Made by a program: the position numbers and the translations under genes. DNA of 64,000 bases, from positions 4,448,001 through 4,512,000 of the forward strand of contig OZ244561.1 in assembly GCA_965217585.1 (NCBI GenBank), written 5' to 3'. Under the pieces are notes generated by a model. It made no database searches. It was not told the DNA's origin and saw only the letters and a program-made list of their open reading frames with translations. Positions 21,596-31,703 of this stretch are shown in pieces (within the stretch, counting starts at the first letter, position 1; the number at the start of each line of letters is the position of its first letter). Source of the DNA: Candidatus Latescibacterota bacterium (GTDB taxonomy: Bacteria; Latescibacterota; UBA2968; UBA8231).

Positions 21596-24500
21596 TCAAT
21601 AGACCACATGAACGGGAAGCACGACCTTTTCGTCGCCTTGGTCGGCTTCGACTTGGATCCGGCACAGATAGATTCCCGGAGGCACCAGCGCCCCGGACGG
21701 ATTGCGTCCATTCCAAGTGAACTGCAGTTCACCTGCTTTGCCGATGCTCTCTATCACCCTTCCCTCCTGCATCTGGACGGCACGGCCGACCAGCCGGCCG
21801 GACAAGTCGTATAGTGCAACTTCGATGGGGCGCTCTTGTAGGATCTGTATCAGAGCGAATTCGATCTGCAACTGATCGTTGACGCCGTCCCCGTTGGGCG
21901 TGACAAAGGGGTTCATTGCCAACACGCGCACCAACTCGTCGGCGGACTGGTCCAGACTGACCCGGACGGCGTTGTGTTCGACCAGCTCAGTGGCGTCCTG
22001 ACCGTCGAATTCGACCTGCTGAAAGTCCATTTCAGGGTTCTGAGAATTGCGCACGGAACTGTGCAATTCCGTCCCGTCCCGGTACATTTTCACGGCCAAC
22101 TGCACCTCGGCAATGGCGTGGGTCTGCCCTCGGTTATCTTTGTTGAGGGAAAAGGGCAGACGAAAGTAGAGCGAATCTGAACCCGTCCGCGCCAGCATTT
22201 GCAGAGACTGGCCCTCGGCATTGCGGAAGAGGCTGTCTCCGGGCACCCGTTGGAAGTAGTCGGTGAAGCGGGTCTCCATGGCCCTGATTGCGGCCTGTAA
22301 GCTGTCCAGCGAAGATGTTTCCCGAACCACCCGCACCTCGCCGAGACGCACCCCCCGCAATGCGGCTGGCTGCTTGGTGAGGATGAGGATTTCGTCGAAT
22401 CCCTCCTGCACCTCCGGCTGCAGCGGATCGGGCCCAGCCGCCCGGATGAAATACGAATAGGTCTGCAATTCCAGCGGGTTGACTTGGCGGGGAGGGCGAT
22501 AGTCCAGCGGCTCGGACTCCAGATCGTGCAAGGGTCGCTCCAGCCCCTGAGGAGTCAGCAAGGCGAGCTCAGCACCTGTGTTCAGGGCCAGCGGCGGGAC
22601 GAGGTCCACGCGGAGCGCTTTGAGGCGAATGGTGGCATTGGGATCTTCCGATTGAAGGTTCACCCGAATCTGTAGGAACTTGCGGGGGTTGGGAGAAGTG
22701 ACCACGGCCTCTCTACGACCCCCAGTTGGCCGGTAGTTCCGGCTCCAAGAACTCCACCCCACAAAAGCCAACTCGCCGTCCCTTTCCGGGGTTTGTCGGG
22801 GAGCCCGACGCAGCTTCTTGCCGTCCTCGTCGATCTTGCCGTCCCCGTCGTTGTCGATAAAATCGATCTGATCTTCGTCTTTTTGGCCGTCCCCATCATC
22901 ATCATTCTTGCTCTTGTGGCGTTTGCTTTGAGGCAGACTCAGCCAGTGGTTCCAGACCCGCCAATTCAGCTCGAGATCTCTATAGCGCTCCGCGTCTATT
23001 TCCGTGCGAACAAAATCTCCTGCCCCGTCATCGACTACCTCGAAATAGGTGAAGAGCGAGTCGGTCTGCTCACTGGTGCGGGTCTGGATTTGCAAGCTGA
23101 CTTCCGGGTGCAGATCGAGGGGTTCGGCCACCTCGATGAAGGCCCCACTCGGATCTTGCCGGCGGACGATGGCCTCACCCTCCCAGGCAATCCTGGACAG
23201 GGTCGTCTGCCGATCTTGGCCCTGGCGCTGCAGGCGGATGGGCTGGGAGTAGAGCCACACGCTGACGGGGTATCCGCTGCCGTACAACTGTAGCTCCGCG
23301 AGATTGCCAAAAGATCCGTAGCGACCGGATTGACGCCCACTGATGTCGATGTCCCGGACCTGTAGGAAGCGAACTTTGCGCCGGGAGAATTCCTCACTGA
23401 ACATCCGCACCTGGGTAGTCCGGTTGTCCACCTTTCCAGCGCTGATGATATTTTCCCACTGCAGCCCGTTTTCCAGTTGAGAGAAGTCCTCCGGGCTCTC
23501 GATTTTGACCGGATTCAACAGAGTGCCGTCCGAGACCAGAAATTCGTGTCCGAGGAAGTAGTTGCCGTTCATAATTACGTACATCTCGTCCGTCCAAAAG
23601 GTCGCCCCCAGGTCAATCCACATAGTCGCCCTAGCATAGAGGGCCGACCACACATTGGCCGTCCACCAGGTATTGTAGAGACCGTCCGTTGACCACCAAG
23701 GGGCACCCCGCCCACCATCCTCATAGGAACTCCCGGCTCGCTTGGTGAGATCGCGCATCAGATTGTCTCCCTTGGTCCACACCTGCACCTCCTGGACGCG
23801 GGGCACTTCCCCCACAAAGTAGCGGATGGGCCCCTTGCGGTCCGGGGATAGACCCTCGTAGACCTCCTCGGACACCTCGGCCAGCAATCCACCCGCGGTC
23901 ACCCGCTGGTAGATCCGCTTGCCCCGCCGTTCCGGCGGCAGGGCCTCGTACACCACCCGAGCCGAATCTCCCTCGCCGATCGAGATCCGGCGGTTAAAGT
24001 CGCTGTCCGTGGCCTTGATTTTGATATAGTGTAGAAAGGAACTCTGCATGTCTGGAAAGCCGTCTAGGTCAAAATCCGCCCGATCGAGAGGCTCCACGGA
24101 GAAGGTGATCTGGCGCCAGCGGCCATCGGTACCCACCGGTTGCAGGTCCCGGTCAGTGGCTTTGCCCAACAGCGTGAATTTGATGTTCTGGCTGTCCGTA
24201 CTCAGCGAAGGCTCGCCCATTGACGCCAGCAACACAAAGGTCTTGAGCGGGTCGCCGAGATCTTCCTCATCCGAGGCACCGGGGAAGACCACGGTGATGC
24301 TGTCCACCACCACTAGCTGACCCAGATCCACTAGGAGTTCCCACGTGCGCAGTCCCTCTGGATTGACATCGCTGGTGGCCGGCTCCCAGTAGGTCGTCAG
24401 ACGGCCATCAATAGCACCAGCAGCCAAGCGGTCGTTGGAAAGACTCGAAGCCCCAGCCGCTACAATTTTCCCATTGGCGCGAATTATATCTTGGTAAAAA

Positions 24501-24772
24501 AGTCGACCTGCCTCGAGAGACGCGTTCTTCTTGTCGGTGAAATACCGGGGGCGAATTCCCTCGCCATCGACGATGAACAAACCCGTGGAGTCCACCGCCA
24601 CGTTCAGGCTGCTGACTAGGTCGTTCTGGTACTCCCAGTTCCGCCAGTGCGAGGGAAGGTCGACGTAAACTGCCTTATCGGTAAGTCGGTACGCCTGCCC
24701 TTGGGCGAGGAGGGGATGGAGCGTTCCTCCCAGAACCAGACTCGAAATGAGCCACAGGATGTACTTTTTCAC
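21596..24772 (-). CDS. Secreted protein with two discoidin-like domains, acidic Ca-binding repeat and C-terminal FlgD-Ig domain (paralog 2)
   Basis: Signal peptide MKKYILWLISSLVLGG; AIDGRLTTYW, STDGLYNTWW; DDDGDGQKDED/DNDGDGKIDED; TPNGDGVNDQ..YDLSGRLV..PPGIYL. Confidence 0.85.
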   Translation of the reverse strand: MKKYILWLISSLVLGGTLHPLLAQGQAYRLTDKAVYVDLPSHWRNWEYQNDLVSSLNVAVDSTGLFIVDGEGIRPRYFTDKKNASLEAGRLFYQDIIRANGKIVAAGASSLSNDRLAAGAIDGRLTTYWEPATSDVNPEGLRTWELLVDLGQLVVVDSITVVFPGASDEEDLGDPLKTFVLLASMGEPSLSTDSQNIKFTLLGKATDRDLQPVGTDGRWRQITFSVEPLDRADFDLDGFPDMQSSFLHYIKIKATDSDFNRRISIGEGDSARVVYEALPPERRGKRIYQRVTAGGLLAEVSEEVYEGLSPDRKGPIRYFVGEVPRVQEVQVWTKGDNLMRDLTKRAGSSYEDGGRGAPWWSTDGLYNTWWTANVWSALYARATMWIDLGATFWTDEMYVIMNGNYFLGHEFLVSDGTLLNPVKIESPEDFSQLENGLQWENIISAGKVDNRTTQVRMFSEEFSRRKVRFLQVRDIDISGRQSGRYGSFGNLAELQLYGSGYPVSVWLYSQPIRLQRQGQDRQTTLSRIAWEGEAIVRRQDPSGAFIEVAEPLDLHPEVSLQIQTRTSEQTDSLFTYFEVVDDGAGDFVRTEIDAERYRDLELNWRVWNHWLSLPQSKRHKSKNDDDGDGQKDEDQIDFIDNDGDGKIDEDGKKLRRAPRQTPERDGELAFVGWSSWSRNYRPTGGRREAVVTSPNPRKFLQIRVNLQSEDPNATIRLKALRVDLVPPLALNTGAELALLTPQGLERPLHDLESEPLDYRPPRQVNPLELQTYSYFIRAAGPDPLQPEVQEGFDEILILTKQPAALRGVRLGEVRVVRETSSLDSLQAAIRAMETRFTDYFQRVPGDSLFRNAEGQSLQMLARTGSDSLYFRLPFSLNKDNRGQTHAIAEVQLAVKMYRDGTELHSSVRNSQNPEMDFQQVEFDGQDATELVEHNAVRVSLDQSADELVRVLAMNPFVTPNGDGVNDQLQIEFALIQILQERPIEVALYDLSGRLVGRAVQMQEGRVIESIGKAGELQFTWNGRNPSGALVPPGIYLCRIQVEADQGDEKVVLPVHVVY

Positions 24773-24851
24773 CTTGTCTTTTCCTTCCGCTTTGGACCGC
24801 CTTGCCAGGCGTGCTCAACCTGCGGAGCAGATCGTCGAGTATGGAAAGAGT

Positions 24852-27347
24852 CTAATAAATCACCGCTACCTGTTTTAGTGCGACCGACTCCTTAGTATCC
24901 GTATCCCCTCTGATACGCAGCAAATAGATCCCAGGAGGCACGGTTTCGCCGTTCTCGTCTCGGCCATCCCAGGTCTCGGTGTAGCCTCCTGAAGTCAACT
25001 GGAGTTCCCCGATTAGACGCCGGCGGCAGCCAGTCAGATCGAATATTTCCAGACGCACCAGACCAGGCCTTATCAGTCGCAATATATCATAGGAGATGAC
25101 CAGTTCGTCGTTGACCCCGTCTCCATCGGGCGTGAACGGATTGGGAGCGACTCCAACATTGTCCACCAACTCTTTGCCTTGAGCCGAGATATCGGCCACC
25201 ACGCTCAATGAGTTGCGATCCTCCAGCAACTCGGCAGCGGCAAAATTCACTACATTCCCCTCTCCCACTTCCTGGAGCAACAAAAAGCCCAGCGTGTCCG
25301 GACCGGCTTCGTTCTCATTGATGATCACAACTCCTCCGTCGACAAACTCCGTCCGGTCGCGCGCCCCTAGCGTGTCGAGAAAGACATGGGCCTGAAACCG
25401 GGTTCTGAAATCAATCACCCGGCCGATGAATTTCACCCGGATGAGAGCAGTTCGGGAAATCCCGTCTTCCGAGGTCCGCAGCCGCGGCAACTCCACTGCG
25501 AAAAACGGGTCCTCTATAGCCACTTCCTTGAACTCGTCCTCACCCGGCTCTCGCCGATCCCCCAGCGGAATCCGCCGCAGTTCCCGCATTGGGCTATCCT
25601 CCAACTCTACGCTCACCGATTCGATTGCGCGGATCCGTGCCGGAGTACGGATATGCAGCCGGTTGAAGCCCGCATTTTCCGGTGCCAGACTCGTCTGTAG
25701 CGCAAACATGAACAGCGTGTCCCTGCCGGCGATTACATCTGCGGCCGGGGCAATTTCCCCTTTAGCCTCCCGGGCCAGCAGCGGAGTCTCAAATTCAAAG
25801 CGCAGATTGCGGATTGCCGTAGCCGCCCGCGCACTCTCACTGGAGAAGTCGATCCGGACTTGGAAGTAGGGCCGCCCGCTCGGAGCGTTGATAGCGTCTC
25901 CGCTCTCCAGCGGCTGGAAGCCGCTCCAAAAGCGCAGATCCGGCTCTACCTTACTTATCTGATTGCCGGGCAACCCCTGGTACTGTTCGCGCGTGAGACG
26001 CACGGCCAGGCGTTCCTCGTCGCTCAGGGCGCTGAAAATCTCGCGGGCATCCAAGCGCAATTCGAGGGCGTTCAAGTCGACCTGCTGGCCAAAAGTCCCG
26101 GATCCTGTCCGCCGGTCGACGACGAGGGCCCCGCCATCCTCCTGCCGCTGCCACTCGAACTGGTCGTCGAAATCGGTCTTGCGGAACAGGACCTCGGACT
26201 CCTCGGTCAAGCCAGTCTGAAAGCTGAGTACGGCCTGCGACTGGCTTGGATCGCCTATCTTTTCCTCTTCCCAGAAAATCCGTCCCAGGGTGGATGGAGG
26301 AAGCTCCAGAACCCGGGTGACATAGGAGGCGCTGGGCATAAAGCCGTCGGCAAATGCCTCCATTTCCGCCAGATCGTAGTCGAGGTTGGTGTCCACATCC
26401 AGGCGGAAGTAGCGCAGCCGGCGCGGCGGCTCAAAGAAGACCGCCGCAGTGTCCTGCCGGTTGACCGGCACACTCTGCGCAATTACAAAAGTCGGCAGGG
26501 CATCGGCCACCTTGATGTACTTGGGAAAGCCCGGATTGCCGTTCTCCGGATCTTCGAGGTCCAGGCCAGCTATGGGTCTCTCCGTGCCGGGGACTCCCAA
26601 GCGGAGGGTATAGGCCGAGAGCCGCAGTCCCTCGGGTTTGGGATAAAAGCGAATCAGGGACAGAGGAAAAAAGCGATCCAAGTCCACGATGAGAATCATC
26701 TTCTTGACGATATCTTGTCCGGGCCTGTCCACGCGCTCGAAAGAGGTGTGCGGATCGCCGTCGAATATCTCGGCGAACTCCACCTCTTTCTGGTCCTGAG
26801 TGAGAGCGTACTCGAAAAAGCTCGGGCTGAGGAGGTTGATATTCTTGCTGAACTTGGTCTCTACTTCGGTCTTGGGAAAGGACTCGGCCACGTTGATCAA
26901 GACCGGCACCTGCCGCACACCGGCCCGCAGCAAAAGCCGCACATCGTCGATGTTGTCGGGCAGGTTGCTCAGGCGGGGGAACAAGATTTCTCCCACCTCG
27001 ATCACCCGCCCGTTTTCCAGTTCTACTTCCCGCTCGGCCACCACGTCCTGCTGAGCGATATTCCGGGAAAAGCGGAACAGGCGACCCCGCTGATCAGCGC
27101 TCAACACGTCCCCATCGAGGGGAATATCGGGAACCTCTGCTACTCGGCTCGGCTCGAGCGACACGATGCCGTCCGGAGTGCGTCCGAAGTCGATAGAATG
27201 GAAGAATTTGGCCGGTCTAAGGGGAGGCTGCTCTGCCTCCTCCCAGGATATATCTTTGGGAATGGAGAAAATCTGGATCTCGGCTAGGGAAGGACGGGAT
27301 ATTGCGCCGACCAGAAGTAGACAAATCCAGTAGATCCCACAGGGCAT
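24852..27347 (-). CDS. Secreted protein with discoidin-like domain and C-terminal FlgD-Ig domain (paralog 1)
   Basis: Signal peptide; IFDGDPHTSF, LAEMEAFADGF; PNPFTPDGDGVNDE..FDLTG..WDGRDENG..PPGIYL. Confidence 0.85.
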   Translation of the reverse strand: MPCGIYWICLLLVGAISRPSLAEIQIFSIPKDISWEEAEQPPLRPAKFFHSIDFGRTPDGIVSLEPSRVAEVPDIPLDGDVLSADQRGRLFRFSRNIAQQDVVAEREVELENGRVIEVGEILFPRLSNLPDNIDDVRLLLRAGVRQVPVLINVAESFPKTEVETKFSKNINLLSPSFFEYALTQDQKEVEFAEIFDGDPHTSFERVDRPGQDIVKKMILIVDLDRFFPLSLIRFYPKPEGLRLSAYTLRLGVPGTERPIAGLDLEDPENGNPGFPKYIKVADALPTFVIAQSVPVNRQDTAAVFFEPPRRLRYFRLDVDTNLDYDLAEMEAFADGFMPSASYVTRVLELPPSTLGRIFWEEEKIGDPSQSQAVLSFQTGLTEESEVLFRKTDFDDQFEWQRQEDGGALVVDRRTGSGTFGQQVDLNALELRLDAREIFSALSDEERLAVRLTREQYQGLPGNQISKVEPDLRFWSGFQPLESGDAINAPSGRPYFQVRIDFSSESARAATAIRNLRFEFETPLLAREAKGEIAPAADVIAGRDTLFMFALQTSLAPENAGFNRLHIRTPARIRAIESVSVELEDSPMRELRRIPLGDRREPGEDEFKEVAIEDPFFAVELPRLRTSEDGISRTALIRVKFIGRVIDFRTRFQAHVFLDTLGARDRTEFVDGGVVIINENEAGPDTLGFLLLQEVGEGNVVNFAAAELLEDRNSLSVVADISAQGKELVDNVGVAPNPFTPDGDGVNDELVISYDILRLIRPGLVRLEIFDLTGCRRRLIGELQLTSGGYTETWDGRDENGETVPPGIYLLRIRGDTDTKESVALKQVAVIY

Positions 27348-27468
27348 TGTCGCAAACTCCGAGAAGAAGTGCTACAATCCAATGTCGACGCCGTTTCCAC
27401 AGCAATTATAGTCAATAGTTCAGAGTGTATCAATACGGTTTTATAAGCAATCAATCGGTTGCTATGGC

Positions 27469-29454
27469 TCAAACCCAATAGATGTTGTTGTCCGTCATGC
27501 CGGTGAAATAGTCTATGAGCAGCCATATCCCCGCACAGCTAAACTGTCCGGCGATGAGACCCAAGAAGAAAGGACGAGCCCGCTGAAAGAGCGCCGGTCC
27601 CCCGTACTTGAGGACCAGACCCTTGATGAGCCAGGCCAGAAAGACACTGAACCAGATGTAGTTCGTCATGGCATTGGTGCTGATGGCGAAGCCCAGCGGG
27701 TGCAGGGGCCACCAAGTCAGGTACTGACGGGCAACCATCAACAGGGCCATAATGCCGCCTCCGGCCGCAGTAGCGAGCCAGCCGCCGATATCGGGGCCAT
27801 CGGGGCTGTTGAGTTCGCGACTAACAAAATTGAACGGATAGATCGGCATGCCTGAAGGGCCGAAGAACCAGCCGTTGAGATTGATCCCGCCATAGGAATA
27901 ACTCAGGTAGAGCACCGCCCAGATCGAGGAGACCAGACTGACCACAATGGCCAGGAGCATTGCCCAGAACAGCGCACGCTTGCTACCCGGCAAGTACTCT
28001 TCGGCCAGCTTGAGGCCATTGGCGCAGGAGGCCATGAGCAGGTTGCGCAGACTGGTGGCCCAGACATAGGTCATCCCTAGGACGGTCAGATTCTGGGGGC
28101 CGAGGGTGCTGCTGCCCAAGCCCGAGGTGACAAAAGCCGTGGGGATGAGAGGGGTGCGCGTCGAGGCGACACCGCCTTCGGAGACTACCCGGCTCACACC
28201 GATGCAAAGCAGAAACAAGGCGAATAGGTAGATGGGCACTACCCAGAAGGCCATGCCGGCCTCCAGCAGCCACCAGCCGATAAAGAGATTGCTGACCAGC
28301 AGGCCGAGGACGGCGACTCGATAGGAGAGGATTTCGTCCGAATCGTCGATGCTCGCATCGCCCTGGAAAGCCTTGCGGAAAACCTGAGCAAAATGTCGGC
28401 GCCCCATCCAGAAACCGAAGATCACTAAGACGATTATGGCACCCATGCCCTGATGGGCGACGAGAGGAGACGGCCCGGAAAAATCCAGCACCTCGGTGCT
28501 ATAGACACCCAACATATTGAGGCACCCCTCTTCGATGCGGGCGATCAGGTTAAAGAGCCAAATGCCTAGGGCGATATCCAGATTGACGAAGTACGAAAAG
28601 CCGACCATGGGAAAGCTGAGCGCAATGGTCACCTCGGTGGTCTGCCGGAAGAAGGGGAAGCTGGCGACCAAGTTGATGTCGGGTATGAAGTTGTGATAGT
28701 TGTGCAGGGCGCGCATGGAACCCACAGTGAAAGGAATGGCGAATCCGGTCCACATGATCGGGTTTTTGAAAAAGGGCTTGTAGCGCGAGGTTTGCTCTCC
28801 CTCCGCGAGTATGGCCAAGGGGAGTTGGACCAGGGGAAAGATCAGGCGCTCGTGCTGGATCCACTGGCGCCGCAGGATGACCGTTGTGCAGATCATGGCG
28901 AAGTAGAGGGCTAGGATCGCGGGAAGCCAGCAAAGGAGTGGCTTTATCCAGGCGGACCAAGGGATAGGATAGCCCGTCGGCAATCCCTCGTAGAAGTACT
29001 TGACTGCTTCCCAATCCTGGGGGAACATCCAGCGGCGGGTGTAGGGATGGATCTGCTCGGCCCATGCGTTTTCCGAGTTGGCATAGTAGAGGCCGCCGCT
29101 GATGATGGGGAGAAAATTTTCCGTAAGGCCCAGCGTGGCAATCGAAGAACCCACAAGAGCCATGATGTAGATGACAACCAGTTCGTGGTCGTGGAACTTC
29201 AGCCGGAAGTGCCTTAGGATCGCGGGCACCAAAAGCATAAAAAAGAAAAAGAGGAAGATGGCGCCGGCATTGCTGAAATCGAGCGCCATGTACGAACCCC
29301 GCAACACCATATTGGCATACGGCGCTCCGGCAGCTATGCAGAAAACGAACAGGGAACCGACAAGCAGGGAGAGTAAGGTGACGCGCGGTCTAGGCCCCTC
29401 GGCCGCAGATACCGCCGAACTTTCCGACTTGGCAAGCGGCGTGGTACTTTGCAT
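27469..29454 (-). CDS. Polytopic membrane protein, DUF6785/DUF6784 (OPT-like putative peptide transporter)
   Basis: Many hydrophobic helices; ILRRQWIQHERLIFPLVQLP and WWPLHPLGF motifs; paralog of the gene ending at 33857. Confidence 0.8.
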   Translation of the reverse strand: MQSTTPLAKSESSAVSAAEGPRPRVTLLSLLVGSLFVFCIAAGAPYANMVLRGSYMALDFSNAGAIFLFFFFMLLVPAILRHFRLKFHDHELVVIYIMALVGSSIATLGLTENFLPIISGGLYYANSENAWAEQIHPYTRRWMFPQDWEAVKYFYEGLPTGYPIPWSAWIKPLLCWLPAILALYFAMICTTVILRRQWIQHERLIFPLVQLPLAILAEGEQTSRYKPFFKNPIMWTGFAIPFTVGSMRALHNYHNFIPDINLVASFPFFRQTTEVTIALSFPMVGFSYFVNLDIALGIWLFNLIARIEEGCLNMLGVYSTEVLDFSGPSPLVAHQGMGAIIVLVIFGFWMGRRHFAQVFRKAFQGDASIDDSDEILSYRVAVLGLLVSNLFIGWWLLEAGMAFWVVPIYLFALFLLCIGVSRVVSEGGVASTRTPLIPTAFVTSGLGSSTLGPQNLTVLGMTYVWATSLRNLLMASCANGLKLAEEYLPGSKRALFWAMLLAIVVSLVSSIWAVLYLSYSYGGINLNGWFFGPSGMPIYPFNFVSRELNSPDGPDIGGWLATAAGGGIMALLMVARQYLTWWPLHPLGFAISTNAMTNYIWFSVFLAWLIKGLVLKYGGPALFQRARPFFLGLIAGQFSCAGIWLLIDYFTGMTDNNIYWV

Positions 29455-29475
29455 AGACTGCGCGCTCTGGCGCTG

Positions 29476-30288
29476 CTACTTCTCTCGCATGAGTTCGACT
29501 TGGTCTTGGGGCGGCTTAAAATAAGCGCCCGGGTGCCAAGCGCGTCCCATGTCGCCCAACAAGCGCCGCTGTCTCGGAGTACACTGCGCCAGTAGTTCCC
29601 GCGAAGGCTGGTCATAGCCGAAAGACCGGAGGAACAACTGGCTGTACCCGAAGATCAGCGATTTCCTAGTGCGGCGCGAGCGGTTCGGTGCCACGCCGTG
29701 CCAGAGCGAATGGGGGAACACGGCCGCGTCCCCCGCCGCGACACACAGCTGAACCGCTCCCGGCGTTTCTACACCGGTTGGCAGGTGCTCGTCGCCGGGA
29801 GGAACCTCTGGAAATGACAGCAAATGACTCCCTGGACAAAGGGTGAAATTTCCGCTGTAGGGCTCGGCAACATCCGTCAGGAAATATTGAACCTTTATCT
29901 GAAGGGGCCAGCTTTTTTCGGTCACCCGAATGCGGCGCAGCCCCGGTCCTCCATCGGTGTGGATATAGCCTGCGGCCTCGGGATTGGGAGGGCGCACTAG
30001 AACTTCGGCCATACTCAACTGGATGTAGGGACCCATCAACTCGAGAGCTAGGTCGAAGATCGGCGGATAGTCGATCAGTTCCAGCAACACCTCGCTCTCT
30101 GCTATAGCGAAGTAGATGTCCATCCCCTTCCCGGCTACCCGATCATCTCGAGGCACATGCTCGCGATAAAGTCGGTCCACTTCCCGAGCGAATCGTTTCA
30201 CCTCTAGCGGCGAAAGCAGGTTTTTCAACAACAGATAGCCATCGGTCGCCCACTGACCCTGCTGTTTTTCGTTCAATTGGTCCGCCAT
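29476..30288 (-). CDS. Phytanoyl-CoA dioxygenase (PhyH) family Fe/2OG dioxygenase
   Basis: DGYLLL, HTD iron motif, GNFTLCPGSH, AGDAAVF..LWHG..N.S...R; start uncertain (30288 or 30300). Confidence 0.88.
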   Translation of the reverse strand: MADQLNEKQQGQWATDGYLLLKNLLSPLEVKRFAREVDRLYREHVPRDDRVAGKGMDIYFAIAESEVLLELIDYPPIFDLALELMGPYIQLSMAEVLVRPPNPEAAGYIHTDGGPGLRRIRVTEKSWPLQIKVQYFLTDVAEPYSGNFTLCPGSHLLSFPEVPPGDEHLPTGVETPGAVQLCVAAGDAAVFPHSLWHGVAPNRSRRTRKSLIFGYSQLFLRSFGYDQPSRELLAQCTPRQRRLLGDMGRAWHPGAYFKPPQDQVELMREK

Positions 30289-30378
30289 GGCATGGTACAA
30301 ACGTCTAAAGGTGGAGATGAATAGGGACTATCCGCCGGACTCCAACGCCCCGGCGATTAGCTATCTGGAGGAATAATA

Positions 30379-30421
30379 AACAGTCCCAATAGCACATTAC
30401 ACATGCGCTATTGGGACTGTT
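30379..30421 (-). terminator. Intrinsic terminator / strong hairpin after 30480..31388
   Basis: 15-bp perfect inverted repeat AACAGTCCCAATAGC / GCTATTGGGACTGTT, followed on the minus strand by TATTATT. Confidence 0.75.
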
Positions 30422-30479
30422 CTAGCTGGCCGCTTGTACCTGCCGCCCAAGGCGACCTTACTGGGCTGGCGCTCCTAGT

Positions 30480-31388
30480 TCAATCTTCGAAAGAAGCTTT
30501 GATGCGCCCCCAGGAATTCCTCTCGACAGCGGTATCGTCTCCGCTTACGCCGATCAGACGCCCATCGACAAAACGGCTGGATTCACCGCTGGTTCCAGAC
30601 TGACCCGACAGGGTGGAAAAAGAGCGGTACGCGGTCGGCTCAGTGTCGAAGTCGGAAGGCGAGGTTTCAAAACCGATGATTTTGCCGGGGAAAAGATCGG
30701 ACACCACGCTTCCCTCCGGATCATTGTAGATCAGCCTGTCAAAAGCAGTTATGTAGGCTTCGTTGATCAGAATAGTGGGATTCTGGCCAACCGCGGCCCC
30801 ACCCGATTCACTGAAGGGCGGGGAAACGAGCCACTCCCCGGCTTCGGTAGTATGACCGACTACGATGTTGTCGGGCGCGGTGGGGATAAAATTGAACATT
30901 TGGGCATGAGATCCCCTGGCCAGTTTGTAATCTTCTTCAGTCTCAAAGTCGTCCTGACTGAATTGATATGGCCCGCCCGAATGATCGGCATCGATCTTGA
31001 AGGATATGGAGTCGTGTCGCCATATCTCGCCCGGATTGCCGCCGGCATACTCGTTGATGTAGACGTTGTCCGATCTCCACACCCCGTAGTAGAAACGGTC
31101 TGTAGTCGCGTTCCAGCCCAACCAGATCCGGAAGTCCATGTCGGCCGGATCGTACTGGGCTCCATCCCCTACGGTCTCAGAAAAGATGAAGTTTCCCGGC
31201 AGCAAGGATGGTTCCCCGACGATCTCTTCCCACTCCTCGATCGTTCCATCCGTAAAATCGAACTCTTCGAGATCTTCATCGGCAATCTCGAAGAACAAAT
31301 ACACATTGTCTCCAATGTGGGCAAAAGCATCGCTGGGAAGTCCTATGCCTAAACCCAAGATCAAAAAGAAAAGAATAAAGCGTCTCAT
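30480..31388 (-). CDS. Acidic secreted protein, CBM9/DOMON-like fold, C-terminal TAVE..SWG.IK motif
   Basis: Signal peptide ending AFA-H; DGTIEEW, WLGWN....RFY, DSISFKIDADHSGG, GKIIGF; ends TAVERNSWGRIKASFED. Confidence 0.8.
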   Translation of the reverse strand: MRRFILFFLILGLGIGLPSDAFAHIGDNVYLFFEIADEDLEEFDFTDGTIEEWEEIVGEPSLLPGNFIFSETVGDGAQYDPADMDFRIWLGWNATTDRFYYGVWRSDNVYINEYAGGNPGEIWRHDSISFKIDADHSGGPYQFSQDDFETEEDYKLARGSHAQMFNFIPTAPDNIVVGHTTEAGEWLVSPPFSESGGAAVGQNPTILINEAYITAFDRLIYNDPEGSVVSDLFPGKIIGFETSPSDFDTEPTAYRSFSTLSGQSGTSGESSRFVDGRLIGVSGDDTAVERNSWGRIKASFED

Positions 31389-31703
31389 GATTCCTGCCTC
31401 CGATAGGTAGATTTTCCGTTTTCTCGCTTCTGCGAATTTCCTGTATAAGGACGCACGGAAATCGTGCGGAGAATAATAAGAAGGGATAACCCTATCTTCC
31501 TCCTTTCTTTTTGAAAAAGGTTAGGAAAATTGAAAAAAGGATGTAAGTCATTATTATTATAACCAACCATAAAGTCAAGCGAAAAAAGAACGATTGACTA
31601 ATCGTGTCGGGAATTTCCAGAATTTGACAAAACATCAACTTAGAGAACTGCGGGCGGGTTTGTATATTGCCTAGGGCCCAAGCCCAAGGCGAGGAGTGCA
31701 TAT

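Noticed and set aside
25860-27287. 475-aa plus-strand ORF
   Set aside because: Antisense shadow of the well-supported 24852..27347 gene; no motifs; expected in GC-rich DNA.
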